Positions 41,150 through 54,260 of a DNA stretch of 64,000 nucleotides are shown piece by piece. Below the pieces are notes generated by a model. The model worked only from the letters and a program-made list of their open reading frames with translations. It was not told the DNA's origin and ran no database searches. The translations under genes were made by a program, and so were the position numbers. Position 1 is the stretch's first letter; each line of letters begins with the position of its first letter. The DNA comes from Camelus dromedarius (lineage: Eukaryota): positions 88,228,001-88,292,000 of the forward strand of contig NC_087436.1 of assembly GCF_036321535.1 (NCBI RefSeq). Reading direction: 5' to 3'.

Positions 41150-41239
41150 AGTCACCATACACAATAGATTATGCTTTAAGAGACATAAACAATGAGAAGA
41201 AACTTTTACAGAACAAGAAGAAATGAAGAAAGATGGAAA

Positions 41240-42330
41240 GGACTGAAAAGTAGGCAACAAATACACAAAAAATATAGACTTAGGTTTTGAAAATCCAATT
41301 CCTACCAAAAGAAACCAGGATTTTTTTTTTTGAGAAATAATTAAATCCAGGTCTGTGGCAGGAAATGTACAAGATGAGCCTATCCTGTCATACCACTTAT
41401 CAAGACATTATCAAAGACTACCAGGGTTGTGTTAAAAAGACTTAAAATAGGTTCTACCAAAGTTGGGCAAATACCCAGAAGAGATCATAACACCTTAAAA
41501 AATGTTTAAATCTGAAAGTTCATAATGATATATATCTAAGAAAACTATTGGTCACCTTTGGAGGATTGTCAATTTTTTATTTTGAAAACTGGTAAACAAA
41601 GGGTAAATACAAGTACTGAGATAAAATTTCACTGCTGAGTAACCAAAGAGTAAGTTTCTCTTTATGCAAGCATTTTGATAGATTATTAAAAAGGAACTGA
41701 AATAACCCAATTCTTGCAGTATCTGGAAAGTAAGGAAATAGACATCGCCTGCCAGCATCACGTGAAAGACTCAACCCCACTTTACGTACCTTGGCCTGAG
41801 GAAGTAGCACCACCTGTGAACCAGTCTTGCCAAAAATAACAAATCTGAATCTAATCAAGAATCCAGATAACTACCGATCTATAAAGAATACAGAAGAACT
41901 TGATAAATGACACCACAGAAAGCTCAGTCTGTTGAGAACATCTACAGAACAACTGACATGGTGGTTTCTTCAAACAACGAAGGGGAGTAAGGAGTAAAGA
42001 GCTGAAGGAAAACTATAAATTAAGAGAAACTTAAAGAGACATATATTAAAGAGGCAAAACTACAGTTCAATTACTTGGATGATAAAATTATAAAGAGAAG
42101 TAAGGAAGTAATTACCACAAAAATTAAGAAGAATGACTACTGTTGGGAGAGGGGGGTCAAGGGAGAATTGTGTTTGGAAGCAGATAGGTGTGGAGCATCT
42201 TGAGGTAGTAATTCTAGTTTCCTGATATGAATGGTGGCTACAAGGGGGTGGTCTTACAAGAATTCATTAAGCTCTCTCTGTATAATACGATATTCTGAAT
42301 TTGTGTTATGTTTTAAAATAACAAAGATTT
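41240..42330 (+). mobile_element. Old L1MC/ME 3' fragments
   Basis: aaatccaggtctgtggcaggaaatgtacaagatgagcct, aatctgaatctaatcaag, tggtggctacaagggg. Confidence 0.6.
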
Positions 42331-45300
42331 AAAAACAGATTTATAAATTAGAAATCCTTTTAAATTCACTAATCCTTAAGTTCTTAGATAAATGCACTAG
42401 CGTTTATGAAAGGACAAGTCAAAAGCTTCTACAATCTCAAGATACGGAAGAGAAATACTTTAACAAAGTTAATGTATATATGCTGAGGGAAAACTAGAGA
42501 GCATATGAAGAAGTGCAAAAGCTGTAGTTTTTAACTATTATAAAAAAAAAGTTTCCTCTAATGGTAGCAGCATTTGCCTCATCTATAAGCTATGGAGGAA
42601 TAAAAATGAGGTTAACTGAAATCAGGTGATCTTTTAAGACCACAGAATGTTTAAGGTCTTTATGCAATCCATACTTAACACAGGCAAAAATTTCAGAGAG
42701 GAGAAAATTTTGATCTAGGATTTTCTCAGCAAAGGAAATTGATAGATGTAGTTAAGATTTAACTAAAGGGAAAAAGAATCTTAGAAAATCATAAACACCT
42801 TAGCCAGTCTAAATATAAATAAAATCTATTCAATTATCATTCCAAAAATAGCATGAAATGGTCTAACAGAAATTGTGTATTTGGAGGGAGCCCCAAGAAC
42901 AGCCTCCATCCTCTCTCCCATTTTTCCAATTTTACATAGCAAAGTCATGGGAGGGAGAGCAACTCATCATTTTAACTGTATCTAACAGTTTATGGCAGAG
43001 GCCGCCTCTGATCACAACTGGAATAGAAGAAAAAGTAAAGAGGGGCTAGAACAGAGGGGGAAAAAAAGAGAGAAGGATATAATGCATGAATCTTGTTTAT
43101 GATACAGATTCAATAACTACTCGTTAGTTGATAGATGAGGGAACACAAGAAATTTTCAATTTTGGTTCTGGGGTAATGATAAAATCCCTGGATTCTCTCT
43201 ATTTTCAGATAGTCTGATATCAAATAGCATTTTCAGTTCCTATCAATAAGGCCTCTTATAAACACTGCTTATCTCACCTTAAATATCTCAAAATACCATG
43301 AATTAAAGCAGTATTAGACAACTACCATCAACAACTCCTCCTTAGTTACTTCTTTCCTTCTAAATAAAAATGTTTCCATCTTTAAATATATCCTGATCTC
43401 TGCATTCACTTTTCTAATTAGTCTTCATATTCTTCCCCTGACTTGGCGAGTTCTCTAGCCTTTTTATCTCTTCTTCACTGAGTTCCCAACAACTGGGAAT
43501 AAATAAAATACATCTACCAAAGCAGTTTAATCAGTCACTTCTATGAAGTCTTAAAAACATACAATGGTTCTTTTCCTCTAAGAGAAAAATGGGCTGAAGA
43601 AACACAAAAACTCTGCAAGAAGAAAATGCAAAAACGGATGTGTCTGGCCTTTCTTCAGTTAGTGGCATCCTCATGTTCTTTCAACAAATGTTTATGGTGT
43701 GTTTCTTTGCGCCAGGCAAGTTTTACTTCCCTTCCCATCTTCAAACACCAGCTACTACTAAATGCTTAAATTAAAATCAAAGGCACCATTTTTTCAATAG
43801 TTAAGGAATCCATCTTCTTTCTCTTCCCATGATCCTGTGAGCCCTTAAAATTAATACATCAGCTTTCTAGAAAATGTTGCAGGCTCATTCCCAGGATGAG
43901 GAACAACTGATTTATCTAACAATTTACTATCTAGTCCATGTTTCTCTATTGGACAGGTTTAATGTGCAGAAGTACCTATGAACACCTGGTGTCTGAACCC
44001 TGTTTTGCATCCCTTCAAGAGCAGAGAATCCCACAGTCCAATGCAGACCAGATCCCTCTCTCTCTTGCTATGAGGGGAAATTAGAAAATCCATTTTGACC
44101 TTGGACCCAAGAGATAATTCTCCAATTCAGCTTGACCAGTAATTAAACTAATATTTTAAATCCTATCATATACTATCCATTTTTCAATTGGTTCAGAGCT
44201 TATAGTGTAAAATCATCATCACCAAGCCACAATACCAACCAGAAAATATGGGAGTCTGGATTAAGAAAAATAAGAGATTAAACAAACAAAATAGAACAAA
44301 AATCAAACACACACGTGCACAAACTTCTCTCCCTTTACCATGTCAACTGGACAGCTAGAGGTACCAGGAATTATAGGCCGGGGTTTTCCTGTCATCTTAT
44401 CATGGAAGGTAGGCAGTTTGGTGGCTCAGAGTCACAAAAAATGTAACCTCCCCAGACTCATGCCCAGCTGCAACCCTCCCCCTAAAAAAAAAAAAATTAG
44501 CCAGCAGTTATAACTTCCTCAATCTAATAAATAGCAACATAAATCTTTAAGTAAAAAGTATAGCTATTTAAGTCAACCTAATGCCAAAAAAGGATTATGA
44601 AGCAGCTTACAGAGGCATACAAAAAATAAAACTAATATAAATTTAAAATTCTTGACTTTTTAAAAATTATCTCTTGCCCTGTTGTAGACACTATAATCCT
44701 TTTATGATCATCTGTTTTCACCTACCTTTTACTCCTAGAAGTACTCAAAAATACCTGGAAGTCTCAAAAAAGAGGCCTAAGGCCCTCAAATAATTTAAGA
44801 ACCCTTTTCTATAATAATCCTTAATAAGTCATCTTCTCCATCAGAAGAGCATAATCTATCCAATCTATTATTTCTGACAATGGCACCAAGACATCCCTAT
44901 TGGAAGCCTACGATCAACTTCTGATACCCAAAACACAAACACTCACACATTCTATTTTTCTATTTGATTATTCTCTTTTCTTTGGATTCTATTATCTGAA
45001 ACTATTTCCTTAAATTATACCTAACTAACCAAATCATTGCTAAAACATGTGTATTAATAAACTTGCTAAAAAATCTATTTCAGTACTTTTGTAACCATAT
45101 TAACCAAATCTTTTTTTTTCAACAACTCAAATCTCAAGCATCCTCTTTCCATATAATGTCCTTTAGTGCTTTAGCCTTCTTATATATCTTTGTTATTTAT
45201 TGAGTTCTGAAGCTATCAGGAAATCTACATGTCCTGGATCAGGGAAATATTTTTCCTTACTGTCCCATTTCCTCGGAGGCTTCTATTCATTCTTATTACT

Positions 45301-45922
45301 GTCGGTCTATTCAACCCCACTGTTTCTCCCAATTCTACTTCTTTCTAGCTGTCCATACATCCGACCTCTTGGAACCAGTATGATAGCTTTGATGTCAACC
45401 TTCATGTATTTATTCAGCTATGATTTCTTCCAAAAGCTGCCACTCCACAAAGTTAATCACAACTCTGATTTAACATCAATCAATTTCTAGTATGAAAACA
45501 TTCCCATTCCATCCTACGGATAAGTAATCCAAAACCAAAGTCAGAAGAAGAAACATTACATACAGAATGTCTGGCATTAGGTTCATTTTAAAGCATTTAT
45601 TAGTTTGCCTAACAAAGTTAAAACAATGACCTTCAGTTTTAGGTTAGTAAGAAAAATGATAAATTCTCTAACATTAAATGCTATATATCACTTATTCCTT
45701 TCAGAATTGCAACCCAATACATACCTCTGTGGAAAATGAGTTTCTTCTGGATTTATCCAAGTAACAGAGAATGAGTCCACATTTTATTATTAAAAAAAAA
45801 AAAAAAAGACTAAAACGTGCTCTATGTATAGACATCACCGACTCAGTATGCCAAAAGGTAAAGGATTTAACTAATTTGAGCCATTTGCTGAAACTTAAAA
45901 CTTAGTAAGAGGTTGTAGTTAC

Positions 45923-46000
45923 CTCTTTTTGTAGATGAAGTTTGAAGCAACTGTTTGGCTTTGAGAGAAGTACGAGGCAAATTTTTCAGCCTTTGCGAAG
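45923..46000 (-). CDS. SLAIN2: SLAIN2 alternative cassette exon, 78 nt (SQRLKNLPRTSLKAKQLLQTSSTKR)
   Basis: Acceptor ttatttttcaacag|CTTCG, donor AGAG|gtaact; 26 codons, phase 1-1, open frame. The flanking exons also join in frame without it. Confidence 0.88.
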
Positions 46001-47289
46001 CTGTTGAAAAATAAGGAACTGTAATATTTGCCTGCAAGGACAAGATAAAGGCTATAGCTTCTGTACACTTGAATATTTTAATACAAACTTGGAAACTTAT
46101 TAAGGAACAGATAAGGTGAAAATATGTTAGAATCCTAGAAGCAGAGAAATCTTGAAGTGATGCTTAGTGCATTAAGTTGGAAAAGAAAGGGAATGGAAAT
46201 CTTAGTGCAAAGTGCATACTTTCAGAAATCGCTTCTTAAAGATGAGAAAATCTACAATATGTAAACCAATTAAAATATCAAAGAAAAACAAACCACCAGC
46301 AAACATGCTACAGGATGCAAAGAATACAAAGCTAATAAGTAAAAGTGATGAACACAAGCACACAGTACAGAAAAAAATAAATGTAGTACTTGTTCAGTGC
46401 AAAAAAAGCAGGCTTTGGCAAAGCAGTTATTGTTAGATGAATTGCCCTAATGTGAAATAGCAATCCCCATACTCAAAAAGGAGAAGAAAACTCAGAACTA
46501 GGCAGGTCCGCAAGGGAGTCACAATCTAGTGACTTTAATATGTTCAACATTATCTTGCTGTAGAATTCAACTAATTGCACTTCAGACTTTGGGCAGCAAC
46601 ATGTTTGGGCTGTGCACATACGCCTATGGAGTGGGTAGGGTGTATTGGTGGGGTTGAGCGGTTTGGATGAGTCAGAGCATTTGTTTTTTACAGTGATCAA
46701 TGAGGACTTCTAAGCTTTCTTCAAAACTCACCATTAACTGCAATGAAACTCTCAAAACTGGCAATTAAGGAGCAGTTCAGAGCTATTGAGAGTTAAAACT
46801 CATTATGACTCCAATGAACTGATTGAGTCCCACACCTACTAGTGCAGTCACCTACTTAAGTGGTTCTAAAATGTCATTCTACCGATTTGAAAGTCGGACT
46901 CCATACACCTCTAGAATTTACATGTTCCCCATCTCCCAAAAGAGATCTCACAACCATAAATCTAGCCAGAGTTTAAGTAGAATTTCTCTTTCCCTCTATT
47001 GCTTAACCCTATCGATGATAGAATTTTGTCACTGTCTGATAGTAAACATTTTTTTAAAAGTAACAAATGTATCTAATTTCTAATTCTACAGCACTCAACA
47101 CATTACTGCAGCTAAATAACAAGCCAATTTAAGTTAAACATATTGCCAGACAGACTAGCAAAAAAATTCTCCAAACTTTAAAAAAAAAATCAATTTTATA
47201 ATGCATTACACCTCATATCTATCCCACAGAAATACAGGATGCTATCATCGAGTATTCTTCATTTACATATTTATTCAGACATGCTTTCT

Positions 47290-48740
47290 GCCATTCACAT
47301 TTCCATTTATTCACTCATTCATTCATTCCTGCTTTTTTTCATTATTTCAAAGTTAATTATCCACTTTATTCCAGGTACTGTTTTAGGAACAATGGATTCA
47401 GTAGCCAACTAGATAAACAAAATTCCTACTTTCATGGAATTAAGAGTCTAGGGAAGGGAAAACAGACAATAAATAAAGAGTAAAATGTATGGCCTGCCAG
47501 ATAGTGATAGCTGCTAAGGAGAAAATTAAGAAGGAAAGGAGGGCAAGAGGTGGATTTAATTTTCAATTATAAATATTGTGATAAGGAAATATTTCCCAGA
47601 GATGACATTTGCTCAAAGATCTAAAAGAAGAGAGGAAGGAGACATACAGTTATCTGGGGGACCATTCTAGACAGAAAGAAAAGCAGTGGTAAGGACCTGA
47701 GGGAGGAGTGTGCCTGGTATATCTGAAGAACAGAAAGTAGGTCACCTTGATTGGAGTGGAGTAAATGAGGGCAAATGTTAACCAACGGTACAAACATAGT
47801 CAATCCACAGTATCTATTAACCATTAAAAATTTTTTTAAACAAGGGTTTAATATAAAATATCATCTATAATCAAGTGTTCTGATAAGATCTTAAATTAAT
47901 AGCTACAATGACTCCAGTGGACCTTATTTATCCCTCAAGTCTCATAGGTGATGTCACAAAAATGGCATCTATAGACAGAATTGTCCAACAGTAATTCAAA
48001 GAATCAGACTGCAAACAGGGTCAGGCAGTATACTCAAAATTTGCTTGATACAGAATGAAATGAATCATTTTCATAAGACACCAACAAAGTCAAATAATGT
48101 TACCCAAATAAGAACAAAAACTAAATTTTTATCTGAATTATCAATCTTAAGTTGATTGCTTTTCTAACGATAAAATCATTTTTAAATGATTAAGTGCAGT
48201 TGTTAAACTGAAAGTCTCCAAATCCTTCTAGAACTTTGATCCATTCTCCACATTGCTACAAGACTGAATTTCTTAATAGCTCTGATTAGAAGCCTATGAT
48301 GGCTCTTCGTGCTTACAGGATGAAATCTAAACTCCTTAATATGATATTAAAAAACTCCCATCGGAATCTATCCCCTGTCTACATCTCTTATCCTTGGTCA
48401 CTGGACCCACTAACCAGTAACTGTGACTTACACTTTAGTCAAACAAAAACCCCCACTATAATCAGGGTACCATTCTTAAGATTTTATTACTGATCCTACT
48501 GTTAGGAAAACCTATACTTCCTTTCCTCGTGTGACAATTCCTCCTGTGCTGACAGAGAAATCTTCCAATAATTTCCTGAAAACCTCCTCATACTGCCAAG
48601 GTTAATGTCTCTCCTGTTTCCACATCAATTCCTGCCTATCACTTCCTGCCAATGAAGGACATTTACTGTCTCACTCACATTTATATTCCCAGTGCTTGGA
48701 ACATAACATACACTCAATAAATATCTGTTGAATAATTAAG
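47290..48740. mobile_element. L2 fragments (~47290-47800 minus, ~48230-48740 plus)
   Basis: cattcattcattc tail with ccaggtactgttttagg; second piece ends cactcaataaatatctgttgaat. Confidence 0.7.
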
Positions 48741-48822
48741 AAACATGTAAGTGACTGACTACTGGATAAAGTCCAGAGATTTAAACTAAATATTCAAGAT
48801 CCTCCACAGCTGAGGTCTAATT

Positions 48823-48985
48823 CAGTGGTTCTCAAACTTAAACATGCCCCAGAGTCAGCTGACACACTTCTAAAAGTAGACATGCTGGGTCCCCATCCCA
48901 CATACATTCAATCAAAATTTCCAGAAGGTCAGAAAAACTATATTTATAAAATCTCTTTGTGATAATTGACTCAACATCACTGCAC
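48823..48985. mobile_element. MER5-like hAT MITE
   Basis: cagtggttctcaaactt...gctgggtccccatccc...catcactg. Confidence 0.6.
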
Positions 48986-50191
48986 TACTTATCCTTAAAC
49001 AGAAGTTCTACAAGTATTTCACTCCTTCTTATATTAGCCTATATTACACAGATTTAGCATGACTTATTTCAATTCACGTTTCAGAATTATGTGAAACTCG
49101 AGTGTAACCTTTTGGTGTTTTGGTTCCTAGTGAAATCTGGATGAGAATTCCTTCCCCATGGGCCCAAGTGCAGTCTAGCTACGCATAAACTGACAACCAT
49201 CCTGGATACTCCCTCTTCAGTGAGAGGTCCAGAGTAGAACACTGATTCTATATATCTCTTCTCTGAGTATACTCTGTATCCTGTGCAAAAATATACTTCC
49301 ATTTAGTTAAATGTAAGCAAATGGATAAATGTTACACTGACCTATTTTACTCTTTTGTGGTAATTCACAAAGTATTTATAGTTCAGTCTCAAATCATGCT
49401 CCAACAGAGTCATCCAAGAATATTTTCCAAGATGTTGACTAATTTGCAGTTAGGTCACCATGATGTAATCCAAACAGAGATTGGAAGGGAATCAGGAGAC
49501 TCAGGGAGGAGTTGAGATGAGGGAGTAATTTGGCTTGGTTTTTGCCACTTTTCTGGTTACATGACATTGTACCTATAATCTATATCTCTGCTCTTTCTTT
49601 AAAAATTAAAAATGGGATGTTATGAGGTTCAAATGAGATAATACTTGTGAAAGTAAACATTTAAAAATACTAATCAAAGTTTGAGGATTATTACTGTTTT
49701 TAAATCAGCAGACTGTCTTGGGTTTTTCTCCCTTCTCTTTCCTTTTTTCAGAACCACTAATTCCTACATTTTTCTGAAAATTAAACTTTCTACTAAACCT
49801 GTGCTCTAGTTGTCTTAGAAAGCAAGGTACTAGTCTTTTGAAAATCTCTGTCCCTGGCAAACATTCCTTCTTTTAACTGGAGAAACTGAGAAAATATGTA
49901 TCCATAACCTCTGCAATGCTCTGGTTTTCTTAAACTTTTTAAGTTATTCACATTTTCCAAGTATAAAAGTCAAAAACTGGTAATAACTATCAAAATGAAA
50001 ATACATTAGAACTCATATAATATTCATATTTGAATGTCAGCATCCACAATAATGCAGCCATAGCAAGTAAGCATATAAAAATAGTGACTGGCATAGTAAC
50101 AAGGCAAAAGAAGTGGTCGCTTAGGTGGAAATAACAGCAACCTTGCAAAGTTAGGTTCATGCAGACCAGCAAGTAAGAACCAAAGCTTTAC

Positions 50192-50212
50192 CACTTAAGA
50201 GCTGGAAAAATA
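50192..50212 (-). CDS. SLAIN2: Candidate 21-nt in-frame SLAIN2 microexon (IFFQLLS)
   Basis: Minus strand reads ttgctgccttttgttttcttttaag|TATTTTTCCAGCTCTTAAGTG|gtaaag. Phase 1-1 with no stop; UGCUGC 19-24 nt upstream and UGCAUG ~28 nt downstream. Confidence 0.6.
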
Positions 50213-53074
50213 CTTAAAAGAAAACAAAAGGCAGCAAATATATAAATTGGTTTATGTAAAATACTAAAAATGCAAATTCATGTGTAAATGTATAAAACTT
50301 GCCATAGTAATATTTGTACATAATTATATATCAAAATATAAAGACTACTATGAAAACAGTACATATACATATAGTAATTAAGAGAACACATATATATTAT
50401 GTATCAGAGATATATGTAAAATTTTAAGAACAGCTAACATTTTATTTGCTTCATAATGTATTAACTTTAAAGTTTTAAAATATTTTTATAAGATAAAGTT
50501 TATTAAATTATAAACCTGCTAATATTCTGGATTTACTACTTTCCAAACGCATTTTTGTGAATAGTGTGATTCTATACTAAAATAAATGTTTGTGACATTT
50601 TCTTCATAAGTAAGCTTCACTAAAGCTACAAATATAAAAATAAACATGTATATGCAATTTTTAAAAAAGGATGGTAATTGATTTTTTCTTCTGCCTATAC
50701 ACTATTCAAATATTGAAATATACCACTATACATATTTTCCACTTAAAAGTAAATTAGTGATTAGAATCTCATTATGTTTCTTTATATTTTTTCCTGAATT
50801 ATCAACTTCTGGGGAAAATGGAAAAATAATTCACCTACAGAAAAAAAATTCTAGGGGATCAGCAGGTGATTATAGATTGGTAATTCTACCACTAGAGGTG
50901 AGAAATTATCATAAAGTTTAAGATGTAGTCAATATATTTTTCTAACATTTTTATCCTAGGTTCTCAACCTTTTCTTTTTTCTTCTATTTTTGTTAGAATT
51001 ATTTTTCATTCCTATACAGCTTTAAGATGCTATAGTAGTTTAAATAAAGAGCATGTATGAAGACATGAAGGAATAACCCTAAGTAAAGAGTTGGTATTGA
51101 CAATAATGCAATGAGATAAAAAGGATATAGATTTGGCTGGTTTCATCAAAGAGCTGGGATGCTATTTAGAGATATATCATGTAAAGCTTTGAGAAAGTCC
51201 CCCAGAATTTAACAATTCAAACTAAGAATTAAAGCACCTCTGAAAGTCAAGTATAAATGGTGTTCTGGATTATTTGTGCATATTTTACAAGATTTCTTTC
51301 CTTTTGTAGTGACATTTAGACTGCTCTTCTCAAAGGGAAGAAAATCCCCAGAAACAGGATATTCTCAAATCAAATTAACTTAATTTGCAAGTTTAAAGGC
51401 ACAAAACCTATCACTCACCACTACAGAGATAACGTAAGAGTTCAAACTGTATTTTTACTTTACTTTTAAAGTTTTGTGAATCCCTATTCTCTATACCATT
51501 TATGAGCACCATATTAGTATCATAATGATGCTCTTAAACACACAGTTCACAAGACCTGGAATACTAAATTTAAAATTTAATTTGGTGCAAAAACATGTTT
51601 TTGCATATATCCATCTAAAGAAATGAGGTACACGAATCTCTGGGTAATAATTTTTCACAGTGCCTAAAATTTTAGTTTATCTTAGAAAAAACAAATATTT
51701 CCCAATAATTTTTATGCCTTAGAACTAAATCACTGATGTGACAAATCTCTCTAGGTGGATTTCCACTTTCAAGCAGGATCAACATGTGCTTGAATCCTAA
51801 CTTGCTACTTATAAGCTGTACAGTATTATCACAGATAAGTTATATAAACTTTGAAAGCTTCACTTCATAATTTGTAAAATGTGCTAGTAACTGAACCTAC
51901 TTCACAGAATTCTTCAGAGGTATAAATAGGATTATGAATGTATGGTACAGTACAAGTTCTGTAATATAAAACATGCAATTGGTAAATAAGGAAAGTTTAT
52001 CAATATTATCAAAAAAAGCATTTTGGCTCAAATATATTTTTTCCTGGATTGTTCATTTTTGAGCCACCAAGTAACAGCAGCTTAACACAAAGGATACAAT
52101 TCAGCTAAAGACAACAGAGCCAAGGAAGAGTGCAAAGGAATTTTTTTTTAATTGAATGCTTTCAAAGTTGTGTTACTCAATAAGTAAGTTATAAATGAAT
52201 AGACAGTCAGTAACCTCATGTTTGTATCATTTCTTCTTCACAGCTTTCAGGAAATGAAGGAACACATCACAGTGACCACTTCAACCACTGACAGTAAACA
52301 TGCTATGAAGGAACTGAATTAATCAGACTACAAAGCTGATGTGAACTGCGGGACAGAAGGCATGCATATTAAGCATTTGTAAAATTGTATAAATAACCCT
52401 GATAACTTGTTTAAAATTGGTTTGACTGCATGCTCCTATCTATTCTAGTTAATAAGCAATACTTTTTGGGGAGCATTCAATTCTTTTTTAATCACTTTGT
52501 ACAGTAAGGTCCGAGTGCCCATCTATTCCCACATCACTTTTCGGCTCAGTCTGGCCACTTTGTCTTAGAAGCTCTTTCTGCATGATTCTCTTTGATCTCT
52601 GTTTTATGTTGCATATGTCTCCTTAATTCAACAGTATCAACCCTTCCTTTCCATCAAGTTACCTTCAACTTTTTAATGAAATTCTACATTTGCTGAAATA
52701 TGTATTTTAACATGTTTTAACTGTGCTAGAATTTTTATAAGGTCATTATCATTTTTATTAATGTTCTAGTAAGAAAGCTGCTTGAGTCTTAAGTGCACTG
52801 TTTCAGGACTTTTTCCCCTCAAAATCCTATCATTTTTAATGTGCAGTACTGCAGAATATGAGGTTTTCAAGGCATATATATTTAATATAAAAAGCTAGAA
52901 TTTGCTTATTTTAAAATTCTAGACAGAACACAGTTTTATACAAATAGAAGTATTGATACAATTGTGTATTTCATAGGGACAAATTTTCAATTTTATTATA
53001 GCTATGATTATCTTATAGCAATTAATAATCACTACATGCTTACTATAATAATACAGCTATTTGGTACAAAATTA

Positions 53075-53308
<234 letters not shown>

Positions 53309-53402
53309 TCAAATGGAGAAAGAATTAAATATTAACATTCAAAAATTAAATTTTTAAAAGAATATTTATTTTATTTTTTGTACAATTTATCTTATTTACC
53401 TC

Positions 53403-53514
53403 TGGGGGCGGGGATTAGGTTTATTTATTTATTTATTATTTAATGGAGGTACTGGGAATTGAACCTAGGACCTCATGCATGGTAAGCACACACCACTGAG
53501 CTATACCCTCTCCC
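53403..53514 (-). mobile_element. tRNA-Ala-derived SINE (camelid Vic-1-like)
   Basis: attaggtttatttattt...tggaggtactgggaattgaacctaggacctcatgcatggtaagcac...ctgagctataccctc. Confidence 0.88.
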
Positions 53515-53825
53515 TCAAATTCTTTATTTAAGTATTCTACATATTTCAGAAGAGTTAACAGAAAGTACACATCTTATAAAAATAAACCACTCAATACAGA
53601 TTCTATAAATGGGTAGAAATATTAAGAACAACCATAAATTATTTAAATCAAGATCTGTACACAGATCACTTCATGAGTATAACAAAGCAAAGCAATCAAG
53701 TAAAATTAAATTCACTTCCTCCCTTTATTTTTGTTCTGACTCAGTATTAATAAAACAGTAAACTGACTAAATTCTTGATCTACTTATCCGAAATACAAAG
53801 CCTTGGTAAAAAACCGTTACTTTCA

Positions 53826-54260
<435 letters not shown>

